Position numbers and translations under genes: made by a program
Notes under the pieces: generated by a model
What the model was told of the DNA's origin: nothing
Databases searched by the model: none
What the model saw: the letters and a program-made list of their open reading frames with translations, nothing else
In this document: piece by piece, positions 38,190-49,840 of the stretch
Numbering within the stretch: the stretch's first letter is position 1
How the letters are laid out: every line of letters starts with the position of its first letter
Assembly (NCBI GenBank): GCA_002633005.1
Contig: NMRA01000018.1
Location: 941,531-1,005,530 of the forward strand
Origin: Phoronis australis
Taxonomy: Eukaryota > Animalia > Phoronida
Length of the DNA: 64,000 nt
Reading direction: 5' to 3'

Positions 38190-38745
38190 ATGGTCCCTCC
38201 GTTGCCATCCCATACATAAGAGGAGTGTTTGAAAGCCTACAACATACTTACAGAACACACGGAATTTCTTCTTACATGAAACCTACCAATTAACACCCTC
38301 CTTTCCCTACTAGTCAGACCCAAAGACCCAACCCCGATGGCTAAACAATGTGGGGTCACATACCAACTGAAATGTGACCAGGATCCCAACCACACCTACA
38401 TTGGAGAAACCAAGAGACCGTTCCTTACCAGATTCAAGGAAAATCAGAAACTAAACAGACCAGCAGCTGTGGGGGAACACGTTGGCGATTGGGCATTCCA
38501 TATCTTTTGCGTCATCCAGGATCCTAGCAAAAGAACAAAATTGGTATTCTCGCAAGCTCAAAAAGTCCATAAACATCAGCAGTCAGCGCCCCCTCTTGAA
38601 CCGGGACCGATGTCTCCACTTAACCCCGTGTACTCCAACATTCTTTTAAATCAGCGAAAGGCGGGAAATCCCTCTTTCATTGATAAAGACTTGGCGGACC
38701 AGGTCGAGACGTCTGCAAACAACCTACCACGTCCCTAGAGGTATT
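38190..38745 (+). mobile_element. Penelope-like element 3' fragment (GIY-YIG)
   Basis: IPYIRGVFESLQHTYRTHGISSYMKPTN / LVRPKDP / KQCGVTYQLKCDQDPNHTYIGETKRPFLTRFKE..., followed by a hammerhead-like core. Confidence 0.88.
38680..38713 (+). ncRNA. Degenerate Penelope-associated hammerhead ribozyme
   Basis: TTGATAA-a-GACTTGG-cgga-CCAGGTC-GAGAC-gtc: a 7-bp stem II (one G-U pair) between eroded CUGAUGA and GAAAC boxes, immediately 3' of the PLE endonuclease region. Confidence 0.6.
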
Positions 38746-38841
38746 TTTCCAAGTATGTACTCGGACCTTTATGCAGAAATCTCTGGTAAATAACTTTTAA
38801 TTGGCTTTATTCGTGTTCATCTGCATATTTTTACGTCCCTA

Positions 38842-39282
38842 TGCCCAGTTGCATGAAACTACCAAACAGGGACTCGACTACGTTCCCTAAATCCCAGTGA
38901 CGTATTTGAGTCGTTCTTTACTCACACATGTAATATTTTTTATCATTTTATTTTTTCTACGAGCTCTTCTTTGATGTAACAATATTTTCTAACAAAATAG
39001 CTAAAACTGAGCCCCTATTTCAATGAAAATAAATATGAAGGGTTAGTTAGAGTCTTACTTACATTCGCTTAGGCGTTGGTAAATAATTATCCCCCAAATG
39101 TTAGCGTAGGAGTCGTCTCATCAATTATAATACAACGAAGAGTTGACTTTTGATTTGTATCAAAGTCAAAAATTGACTTAGTAAATGAAACTAACAGCAT
39201 AAGAAAGGGCGGGCGCTCACAAGTCCATAACATTTAGAGAACAGTTGAGTCCCTATTTGGAACTGTTTCATGCAACTGGGCA
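38842..39282. mobile_element. MITE, Harbinger-like
   Basis: TIRs tgcccagttgcatgaaac..ccaaacagggactc / gagtccctatttgg..gtttcatgcaactgggca. Flanks cta/ctg suggest a CWG-type 3-bp TSD. Confidence 0.85.
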
Positions 39283-39350
39283 CTGCATGGTGTCTGAAGG
39301 CTTCAAGGCTTTCTTGTGTGCTGTTATAGTGCGTTTAGTGCCATGCACAT

Positions 39351-40481
39351 CATAGGCGGATTTAGGGGGGCGCCCCCCNNNNNNNNNNNNNNNNNNNNNN
39401 NNNNNNNNNNNNNNNNNNNNNNNNNNNNNNNNNNNNNNNNNNNNNNNNNNNNNNNNNNNNNNNNNNNNNNNNNNNNNNNNNNNNNNNNNNNNNNNNNNNN
39501 NNNNNNNNNNNNNNNNNNNNNNNNNNNNNNNNNNNNNNNNNNNNNNNNNNNNNNNNNNNNNNNNNNNNNNNNNNNNNNNNNNNNNNNNNNNNNNNNNNNN
39601 NNNNNNNNNNAATTATACGGATGAAAAAACATTTAAATGTGTGCAGTTTTAGTGTTGGGGGGGGCTCAAATCCAATTTCAAGTGTCAAATTCTGAACACG
39701 GCGCATTCGTAACGGAACTATGGCTAAGTATAGGCTCTCCCGCGATATCCCAGGCGAACGGCAGTGGCGCTGCGCACTACGACTCCTTTTCCGTCGTCTG
39801 CTCCACTGTGCAATGAAGAAAATTTACTTCATTTTTTAAAGAAAATGGAACCTGAGTGACGATGAAAAAACAGAAGCTGCTGGTAAGATGTGAATTTTAA
39901 TCGAAGCCTTAGTGAATCACTCAGAAACTCGCAATTCTCTCTTTGTCAAACCTTATCTTAGGACGATTTCCAAAGCAATCCCGTCATTATTGCCAACACG
40001 AAAAACGGATTTGGTCTTTTGGGCATTTGGAGACTATTTTAAACACGACAAATTTGTTAAGAATTGATGGCACAAAATCTAAAACGTGTAATAAGCATTA
40101 CAAAAAGAAGTAGGTTTCGCGCGCAAACGCTGTGGACCATAAACAAGTAGGCCTCTTAGTATGAGATTAGTAGTAAATCGTGGTGGTGTATTGGTAATGC
40201 ACGCGCGCTCTAACCGCCAGGTCGTGAGTTCTTATCTTTGGAACTTGCAGTTTTTCCTGTTTGACACGTTCTTCGTTTTTTCTTGCCTTTTTTTTTCTTG
40301 GATAATACTTCAGGAATCAAGGAAAATGCTTGATTTTTAGAGGTAAAAACAGAAAAATTTCCTGGGCGACCTCCCCCTATTCGGTGCTATGCGCATCTAC
40401 AATTGTGGTTCACTTTGCGCAAATGCTTACAGCCGGACAAAATGTTGCCCCCCCCCTTGTGATATCCTAGATCCGCCACTG
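39351..40481 (-). mobile_element. Longer inverted copy of the 9719-10051 family (contains an assembly gap and extra internal sequence)
   Basis: Ends cataggcggatttagggggg and cccttgtgatatcctagatccgccactg; flanks cacat/tacat (5 bp, one mismatch). Confidence 0.8.
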
Positions 40482-40740
40482 TACATGTACATGCAGTATT
40501 TCCAGTACAAACAACAGTACATTCTGCACTCTGTGCTTCACATCATGTGACTTTCCAAATTCTTAAGCCAAACTGGGGCTGAGTGGGTAGGTGCGTGGGT
40601 GAGTGAGTCTTGGCCCTGGGTGTGACCCACGCTAGGTACGCCAATGCAGTGAAATGTGTCCCTGGATCAAAGCGGCTTTTTATTTATGCACTGCTGTTCT
40701 GACTGACATAACGTCATACATAGGACGGTGTTATATTTGT

Positions 40741-42429
40741 TTATTCAAACAAATCAGCAACAATGGATCGCTTTAGTGAAGGTGGTAGTCGGACTTCGTT
40801 GAGCCTGTTGAGATTCCTATTGAGACACTTCCAAATTTTCACCATGCACATAAACTGCAGAGATCGCACTTGCCAGCCAATACTAAGTATAACTTTGTCC
40901 AGTCGAAGTCCTTCGTGTAAGGCATGTTGTGCGCATTTGAATGCTTCCCGACTGCTCTTTGGGTCCATGAAATCGTAAAATCCGTGAATAGTTTTAAGAG
41001 TGTCGTCATTACACCGCTCTAGTGTGCCTTTCTTCAGCCCCATGTCACTAAACAACGCAGTTGTATACACACAAGCAGGATAGTGTCCCTGCAGCGTTAA
41101 TCCCTCAGGATCAGCACCGTGTTTCATGAGTAATTTCAAAATCTTGAGACCATTTTTATAACCTGTTGCACCCAATGTGTAGCACGCATCGTGAAAAGCG
41201 TTGAATCCTCGTTTTTCATCCACGATAGATGGCGATGCTTTGTAGTCAAGCAGCAATTTGCAACAGGTTTTCAAAGTATGCCGGGCTACTGAGCTTTCCA
41301 TGGAGTGCGTTGAGAAGGAATTAAAAAGACAACTGAGGGAAGAGGTGAACAACCTCCTCCCGTGTGCTTGTAAATGAAAGTCGGAAGATGATGACAACTG
41401 CTCGTTAAAGTTTGGATCCACCTCCGCTTTTAAAAGCAAATGTAAGCATTGCACCATTTCAGTTGCCGTAGTCTGCGCATCACCAGTCATTTCCATTACA
41501 TGCTGAATACAATGCAAGAGACTATAAAGTGGGTATGTTCCGGGTGGGTCACTCGCCGTAGTGTCAATATTATGTTTGATCAGTGTTCTGGTAGTCTCAG
41601 AAAATCCTTTGGGAGGACTTAATACGTGACCGTAACCAAACGAGTACATGTAAAGAACATGGTACATATTCATTCCACGAAAGGCTTCCCCTGAGGCCCC
41701 ATGACGTAGCAAAGCATCAAGACATCTGTGTTGCGACCTTCTTAAAGATAATCGAACAGCTTCATCCAACTGTTTTTGCGTAAATTCGTGATTTAACAAT
41801 AAATTTTCAACCGACAGTGGACAGTCAAGCTCACAACCACACTCAAGGAAACTGCCATGGTTACATTTATGATTGATGAAAAACGTTTCCACACACCGGT
41901 GGTGACCTGACATAGCAGCGAATTCAACAGGTAGAAAGGAAGACATTTTATGCTCATTATGATTGTTGATATTGGAATCATTGTGGTCTGTTTCGCAACC
42001 AATTCCAAGTTTAGCAATAGAACAGGCACGTGGAAAGCACACAGGCCCACGTCGAAAGTAATCTCTTGGCCTTTCCTGAATCAAAATGGTGACAATTGAC
42101 ACGAATCCTAAATGGCAAGCCAAGTGCAGGTAATAATTACATTTCGGATCATGATCTTTAAACCAGCCCTTAAGAAAAATAAGTCGCACGGCCTCAGAGT
42201 TGCTCGAGACGATTGCATGGTGAAGAATATCAAAACCACTGTCATCGACAACATACGGGGAGGAGCAACGACTAAGCATTTGATAAATCAAATCAAAAGA
42301 GTCTTCTTCAAGTGCTCTTTTGTACGCACGGAAATCGAACAGTCTGCTCTGATTCAACAAACTGTGGGGTTTGTAGTCACCGTCGTCGTCACTATGATAA
42401 GATGTTGGCGTCGCCTTCGGAGATGTCAT
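40741..42429 (-). CDS. Ankyrin repeat and SOCS box (ASB-like) protein, single coding exon, about 562 aa
   Basis: Ankyrin-like repeats GFDILHHAIVSSNSEAVRLI, YLHLACHLGFVSIVTIL, LPVEFAAMSGHHRCVE, LLLKAEVDPN, GFNAFHDAC..LLMKHGADP. C-terminal SOCS box VRSLQFMCMVKIWKCL...VRLPPSLKRSI. The first true ATG is at 42429; the ORF-track start is a TTG. Confidence 0.9.
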   Translation of the reverse strand: MTSPKATPTSYHSDDDGDYKPHSLLNQSRLFDFRAYKRALEEDSFDLIYQMLSRCSSPYVVDDSGFDILHHAIVSSNSEAVRLIFLKGWFKDHDPKCNYYLHLACHLGFVSIVTILIQERPRDYFRRGPVCFPRACSIAKLGIGCETDHNDSNINNHNEHKMSSFLPVEFAAMSGHHRCVETFFINHKCNHGSFLECGCELDCPLSVENLLLNHEFTQKQLDEAVRLSLRRSQHRCLDALLRHGASGEAFRGMNMYHVLYMYSFGYGHVLSPPKGFSETTRTLIKHNIDTTASDPPGTYPLYSLLHCIQHVMEMTGDAQTTATEMVQCLHLLLKAEVDPNFNEQLSSSSDFHLQAHGRRLFTSSLSCLFNSFSTHSMESSVARHTLKTCCKLLLDYKASPSIVDEKRGFNAFHDACYTLGATGYKNGLKILKLLMKHGADPEGLTLQGHYPACVYTTALFSDMGLKKGTLERCNDDTLKTIHGFYDFMDPKSSREAFKCAQHALHEGLRLDKVILSIGWQVRSLQFMCMVKIWKCLNRNLNRLNEVRLPPSLKRSIVADLFE

Positions 42430-42998
42430 TTCCACGACCTGTGCGATTCCGTCAATTATCAAAGATGCTTATACCTGCACTTCCTTGGTTGAGTTCATTT
42501 AACCTACCTATGAGATGAGTGCGCCACTGATAATCAACCGTCCAACTCACTCACGGCAGTGCATCGTTTCCCCATTTCTAAAGGTTTATAAACGAGACGT
42601 CGAGCTACACAGTGCAATTTCATAACTGAGCCTATGTTTCTGATCACTGATCTCATACATTGGTTTTAATGATACCTCACGGTGACGGCACAAACGAGTC
42701 GTGTGACACTACTCCTCGCTCTTATGTACTAAGTCACGGTCTAAGAGTAAGTATGTTACACCAGCCACTAGCTGCAGTGCACTCACATTGCAGCGGCTTC
42801 AGACAGGGCCCAACTTCTCAGTGTTTGTCTCCACTTTAGCAATAAACGATGTAGAAAAGTATTTTACAAATGTATAGCATTCAACACATTAAATCCAAAG
42901 GATTACGACCCCTGACCTATGCCCGGAGTGGTCAGTTGTCGCTGTTCACAGACACAGTTACTACTAGTTAGGCACTGCAGTCGGTGACTTCGCGATCT

Positions 42999-43140
42999 GG
43001 GTAAAGTTCAATAACTGTCTCACGGCTAAAAATCTAACCAAAATCACATATTCACATTTAAAATACACGGCAATGCGTCGCAAACTCTTGTTTTTCTAGA
43101 GAGGTCCTCGCAAGGTCCTTGTGTTTATTGAACTCTACCC
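42999..43140 (+). mobile_element. 142-bp MITE, copy 2, in the ASB/SMIM14 intergenic interval
   Basis: TIRs gggtaaagttcaata / tattgaactctaccc; homologous to 25079-25220. Confidence 0.85.
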
Positions 43141-43159
43141 AAATTGTCGGTTGTCACTG

Positions 43160-43259
43160 AAAGCCGCCATTTGTAAATAACTCGAAAACGAGATGGTGAC
43201 CTGCATCCGGGTCTCGTGAAAAAATATTACGTGTTGTTCCGTTTGGTCTCCGTCTCTTG
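43160..43259 (+). promoter_or_regulatory. Putative promoter and non-coding first exon of SMIM14
   Basis: YY1-like gccgccattt at 43163, a CpG-containing segment, and a consensus donor TTG|GTAAGT at 43260. The ATG exon of SMIM14 starts with an acceptor at 47956 and so needs an upstream exon. Confidence 0.55.
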
Positions 43260-46200
43260 GTAAGTAAATATTTCGAGTATTTTACGAAACTTTTTCTGTT
43301 GATTTAGAACCATTTACTGTAAACATAACAGAGTGTATGCAATTTTGCTAAAGTAACGCTATTATTTGATTCTGTTCGTATAAATCATCGGCGAGTCTGG
43401 AATCGGTGTTTGTTTATGTTGGCCTGTGGCTGTGTCGCCCGAGCTTGCTTCGGTTCGTCACAAAAATGATGTCCACCAGCTGGTCGAGACTCGTTACAAA
43501 TTTTCTTTGATGCTTTCCTTAATCATCCATGATAGCAGTCCGCTAATTGTGCCAATTGTCAACTGAGCTTCTTTCCTATGTAGGTCGATTCAAACAGCTT
43601 GACATGTTGGCCAAGTTGAAATGTTTACGTTTGGTGAATAGTAGCGTAGGCTACTGTAGACTACAGTGTAGTCTACACTGTGTAGACAGTGATTACTGTC
43701 TCTTAGTCTAGCGTACTTGAAGCTTCTGGCCGTCCCCAATACACTATATAGAATACTACAAAGTATGACACTACGGACTAGAAATTCCACAGGCGTTTCA
43801 CTTCAGCCGTCCATAGCAAATAAAAACTCAATAAATTCACACAAAACGGGTTCAACAAACCATGAGGAATTGTGGTTCTTTCTCCTAATACCATTTACGA
43901 TGTCCTGCTCTACTGAGTTCGTAACAAATTCGCGGTCAAAGCTCAAAAATCTTCCCAAAAAGTCTCTGCGTACTATCAATATGCTACACGGAAATTGCTG
44001 GTTCATTACGCAAGGTTACGAAATGGTCTGGCACAGTGTGGAGTTAAAAGGTTGCTAGGTCTTATTGGTAGCTTTCAATGCAACAAACTCATGTCTTTTT
44101 GCCTGTCTAGGAAAATGGTAGAACTATTTTTGGTGTCCTTGACTGCAGGGCATTGTTTATTATGAAAGCAGTTTCGTACATTTCCTAATTTAGTGGTTTT
44201 GAAATCATGTGGCGAACACAGTAACGGGTCACTCATTCCAAAGCCGCACTTACTCAGGAGACCATTGCAACTAACACGGAACAGCTGATCGGGGGCAAGT
44301 GTTTGTAGACATGGCTGACGCGGTGCAAGTTAACTCTGCAGTGGTCATTTTTGACACTGATTTGAGAGGTAGAGTAAGTTGCACCGGATCAGTTACTCCA
44401 GTTGTAACTGCACGTTTAAGCACAAACTGGGACATGGGGTAAGGGATCATCTCTGTTATGCTTGCGCAATAGCATATATCCGGGTCGTCCGTTGGCATTG
44501 CACGTGGTTTGAACATTCTCTATTGTTTATGCAAACATGCACAGACTGTCTTCATGTAATTGACTCATGCTGATTCAGTCTGTGATGTAATGCCATGTAA
44601 ATACAACTAAAGTGGAACAAGTCCACCTTGACAACTCTCACCATTACAACACGCACACTGAAAACAGTAACCTGTGTAAAAACGGCTCAAGCTATGACAT
44701 TGTCAACATGCCCTTTTGCAGTGAAGGCTTTATTGAAGATGCATCACAGTCTCGTAATGAAATAAATTTCCAAAGTCTCTTTCGTAATATACACTATTTG
44801 AATCTAGTTAAAATGTTATCGTAATACATTCCTGTGAACATAGTCAATCGGTTTTGGTAATCCTTGCAGAATTATTTGGATAACGAAGTTGTTTCATTGA
44901 TTCATACATCCTGCATATTCATCCAAAATTTTCTAATTCGCGTTCTCTGATTCATTTGACAAGTCTGCCAATGACTCATAACCTGCCACGACAGTCATGG
45001 TTAAAGGGCAGATATATCTTGTTTATTTTCAATATGCCAGCTTTGTTACAACACTGCAGTAGTTAAATGGATTTTAAAAACCAAAGGTAGCTAAAGGGAT
45101 ACCAAACCCGGTTTTGACCTATTAACAGACGCTAAAAGCGACTTTCCCCGTCCAGTTCTCTAAAACAAAATAATGCTCCATATCCTTCGACAACTCTCAA
45201 AAGTTTGAAAGAAAATTTGAAAACTCCTTCTTTCAAAGTCTGCTAAATGGGCAAGCGTGACCTACGCTTTTAATCAATTACATACCAGCTGTGGGAAAAG
45301 ACCACCCACCAAGGACCCTAATGTCCAATCTGTGACATAGGGAGTATGAATTTTTAGTTGATTCCAGCCTTTCACTTGGAAGGTTGATGCCAAGAATTCA
45401 TTAGCAGGTGACAGAACGAGGATTGGCGGAAATCATCAAAACAGGGTTTAGCATCCTTTTAAATATTGGCAATTTATAGGTACACACATTTTTATCATTT
45501 TAATTGTTTACATTAACTAGACTCGACAGCTATGAATAGTTTGCTAGTAGGACGTTGATGCCCCAACCAGCACTGTCTTTGGTCAATCTTGAAAAGAATA
45601 AGGCTTTAGCCACTCCAAGTAAAGCTTCAACATGTTCAAGATAAATCTTTAGTCTCCATCACACAATGTTTTCAAAGAATGTAGGCATGTGCTGCAATTA
45701 TAATTTGAAAGCTCAAAGAATTTCATGAGATTTTTCTGTATTGAGAAAAGTAATAATGCAGATGATGAATTTTTTGTAACTTTCTGTGAAATACCGTGAG
45801 TTCAAAACTTATCATTAGATATTGATCGACAGTATAAGTCTTTATGAAATTCCATTTGTTCAGAAGCACAGGGTGAACTTTCCAGGGGGCATTTTGTCAG
45901 CCAATCAAATTGTGCCCAGTGTTTCTTGTCATATATCAGATCACCTGGTTCAGCCATGTAAATTTGCAGATGAATGCACAGTGTTGAAATCTGGTAAGCC
46001 TATATTATTTTGCAAAGAGCTCGTGTGTGAGGTAATCTGCATGTTTTGTATAACCAAATACATGTCACATTTTGGTGGTTTTTGGTCAATACTGCTTAAA
46101 AGTGTGAGATTTTATATTTTGGTGTTGTGTTGCTCATGGCAATTCACTACCTCGGGATTTTAGTTTTTACCAAAAATTATTTTTGTCAATATTAGAATTG

Positions 46201-46974
46201 ATATCTTTGATTGTGAAAAGTCCAGAAATGCACAGAAATTACAAAATGGTTAGAGTTTGAAATTTCTTGTCTGATGCAATAGCAAGTTGTTTTTCAATCA
46301 CATTCACATTCGTTGTGGATTACTATCCAGTGAGTACCCTAACCATGGATTATTGATTGTAACATGTCCGATACCTGCTGATCAACATCATTTACTAAGT
46401 TCTGGGCAGTTATAACAGTAACTGTGTTTGAGGTAGTCTTCACCTTATTGGCAAGTGATGTAAATCACAGGCTTAAAGTTCAACTACAATTTGGATGGAG
46501 ATAATTAAATTTGGCTGATTTCTATGAATATGTTGCTTAGCCCATCCAACTGGTAGTTGGTGTAAGATGGTTTTGGTGGCAGCCAATCAAGCTAAAACTC
46601 TCCTTTTTAAGTCCTGGGTTACAAAAGTTCAAGACATTGCACCCAAGAATTGCCAGCTGGTGCTTTAAAATGGTTGTCACAAATTCAACATGTTGTCAGT
46701 GTACTTTGATTTGTAGACCATTTGCCAAGCTTCAGAATTGATCTCTTATTGTTCCTTTCTCAAATGGGGCTCAATTTCTGGGTTTAAAATAAACTGGCAG
46801 AACTTCATTTGTTTTGTGCATCCATGCTCTGCGCATATAGTGACATGCTGTGACAAGCATGCTTGTGAAGCCACAAAATCAAGTTGAATTTGACTTAGGA
46901 GCAATTTGCTCAATACAAAGTTCATACTAGTAATAGTAGTTTGGTGTAAATCTACAGGACTATTGTGATGGAGG

Positions 46975-47435
46975 GGGAGCAGCTCACTAGTCCGAAGGTC
47001 TACCAATGGCGGAACTGAGCCATAAAACATCAAAATGCTATTTTTGTCGGCATTCTTCGAAACTTACTGATGCAAGAATCACGAGAATCAAGTCAATGGC
47101 TCCACTGAAAATGCGTCGATTTACAGATTTTTGGCGAATGGCGAAATTCACTTTCGTATGTCACCCTTCATGGCTCAAGTTTTTGAGTGCAAGTTTAGCA
47201 CAAAATATTGTCTCGGATGTTGCACGAAAGTAATGGAATGTAATGTTTCTGAAAATGTTTAGAGATTAAGTTTTTCACATCCATTCAGTGACAACGTAGG
47301 GAAGAATCATTTTCCGAGAAACATGCCCATCTTTGGACCAGTGCACCTTCGGACTAATGCACCATAGGACTGGTGCACCTTCAGACTAGTGCACCTATGG
47401 ACTAGTGCACCTTCAGACTACTGCCACGAAACCAA
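46975..47435. mobile_element. Probable non-autonomous element with 16-bp subterminal repeats
   Basis: About 5.5 tandem copies of ggactagtgcaccttc at 47335-47420 and an inverted copy cactagtccgaaggt at 46986. Confidence 0.55.
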
Positions 47436-47909
47436 GGCGGGTTACTAGGTTAGTCGCTATGACTGTAAAATAAATTTACCTAGCTAAATATTTAGTGTAT
47501 TGGAGGCTTGGTAATAGTGTTTAAAACGAGATTCTTTAGGTTATTTTTATTATCTAAACCAACTTCCCTCCACAACTTTAAGTGCTGCAGTTAGAAACTC
47601 AGTGCGGCCGACAGCATTGCTGAAAGCGGAGGTATTGAAGCTGGCGGGGTTCTTGAAGTTTGCGAATATGGGAAGGAAATAAAGTGATGACGTGTTCAAG
47701 TATTATATTTTGAAGTAAATCCTTCACCTGGGCCAATAATTTGTTACCTGTAATATATTTCACATTGCTAAACCACAGTCTCATAGGCCGTCCTTGCCGC
47801 TCATTGTTTTCGTCGATCTTTAACTCTGTAAGTCAAGTCCTTGACTTTCATGTCTATAGCTTGTACGGTCATTTTTGTCGAGCCATTAATTGGAGCATGG
47901 ATATTTTAA

Positions 47910-48080
<171 letters not shown>

Positions 48081-49026
48081 TAAAGTCATGTCGCTGATTT
48101 GGCTGCCATTTTTAATTTGAAATTCATTCTAAGGGAGTAATTTGCTGTAAAACCCTACTGTGAAGACAAACGATTTCTATATATCCCTGCAATGGGATTG
48201 TTTTCTGCTGGTGAGTTACACAGGATGTAAATGTTGTTTGGCAATCAATAACATTTCATTAACTTCGGTGACATCCCTGCCAGACTCAATACTGACGAAC
48301 TCTGTAAGGCAGTACTGGTGTTGTATTCTGGTGGTGATATCTGCAGGCTAGGTTTTTTATGTCAAAAACTGGATCATAGGCCTGTCCTGAAATCGCACTG
48401 CACCACTCTCATCCTAGGGTGTTTACTCACCATGCAACACGAGCAAAATTTATTAGTATGATCCTTATTAGAGTGTGTAATTCGTGGAAACTAATTGCGT
48501 TTTGAGCTGCAGTGTTGATTCCAAGAAATTGCCAAACAGAGCAAATACCTGTGCTGGATATATGCCCTGGTTTGTCTACTCTGGAGAGCCTGAAATTTTG
48601 AAAAGTAGGTCAGTCATGCCATGGATTTTCCTTCTGCAACCAAAGAGGAGAGTTCAATTCAGAATGTGCCCTTTGAAGTTAATTCCTACTGTGAATCCTA
48701 CTTAGATACAGTTTTTAATGTTATGGTTGTGTAAGTGATGCCACATGTCACATGTGCCTACAGGGCACGCGATATTGTAGTTGTAATTACACCACTTAAT
48801 TTCTTTGTCATCACCTGATGCTAGTGCCCAAATGGCACATTGTACTTGAAGGCCCACACATTTTCCAGTCTTGTGAGAACTTTGTCCACATGTACTCAGC
48901 CAAGTGCTGTTTTTGTGCTTTCCTTAAACACAATCTTGTACGATGACTTTGTGGTAAATTGATTACTTTTATTGCACTATGACCGGTTAAAAAGTCATTA
49001 GAACTTTTACGATGTCTGTGTTTCAG

Positions 49027-49075
49027 CTGAGAAGTTCACAGAATTACTGCACAGATAATGAGTGCTTGCAAGATA
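49027..49075 (+). CDS. SMIM14: SMIM14 coding exon 2
   Basis: tttcag|LRSSQNYCTDNECLQD+a|gtaagt, phase 1. Confidence 0.96.
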
Positions 49076-49539
49076 GTAAGTGATCTGCTGCCTGCTTGCA
49101 ACTGTCAAGTTCTCAAACTAAGGTTATGTTGGACCTTATCCACAAGTCTATGTATTTAACCAAGTATCTGCAAAACTGTAGATTTTTTAAAATCTAAAAT
49201 TTACTGAGTTAAAAGTCAGTAAAAGTTTACATTTTCTGAAAACAGGAAGCTTGCCTAATTTGATTTTTAATCTGCCAATTTGCCATTGGTTAAGTCACGT
49301 GACCATGTTTTTTAGTAAAGTTTAACAGAAAGGAAAGACACATTAATAGGAAAACCTCTATGTCAGTAACACGACCAAATTTCATTTGATACAAATGTAC
49401 CGGATGGTTATTCAGGAAAGTCGTGAAAGTCATATTTTTGGTACCCTCACATTTTTTATATTATGCGCCATTATTGTTGTTACATTACTAAGCAACTTTT
49501 AAGTCAAAACTCATTTTTAAGAAAGGTCCATTCAATGAA

Positions 49540-49840
49540 AAATAACACCTCGGTTGATTTTAATGAAACCTTTTTAAATAAAAACTTTACCGGTTACCTC
49601 AAAAACGCTGTTAGGTATTTTCGATTAGTTTCTTAATTTGGTTTCTATGACTAATCAACTCGCAAAACGTAAGGTATTTTTGTAAAAAATAGGAGCCATA
49701 TTCGTCTTTCTTACATTATGCACAAGATAGATATTGAGTTAGGAAAGTTTCAGCGAAATCCACCAAGCTGTTTTCGAGAACTTGTTCCTAAGTTCAAATT
49801 AAGTTGATTTGCCGAAGCTGAAAAAATGCCGATTAAGTAA
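49540..49840 (-). repeat. Interspersed repeat, copy 2 (SMIM14 intron)
   Basis: Inverted homolog of 18975-19320. Confidence 0.75.

Noticed and set aside
39316-39706. ORFs spanning the second gap
   Set aside because: Mostly X residues from the N-run.
40179-40240. Functional tRNA gene
   Set aside because: No acceptor stem and a broken T-loop; kept only as a tRNA-like fragment.
44379-44573. HKLGHGVR...ACAIAYIR resembling the Kolobok accessory (P2X7 C-terminal-like) protein
   Set aside because: The match is too short and degenerate to call without a search.
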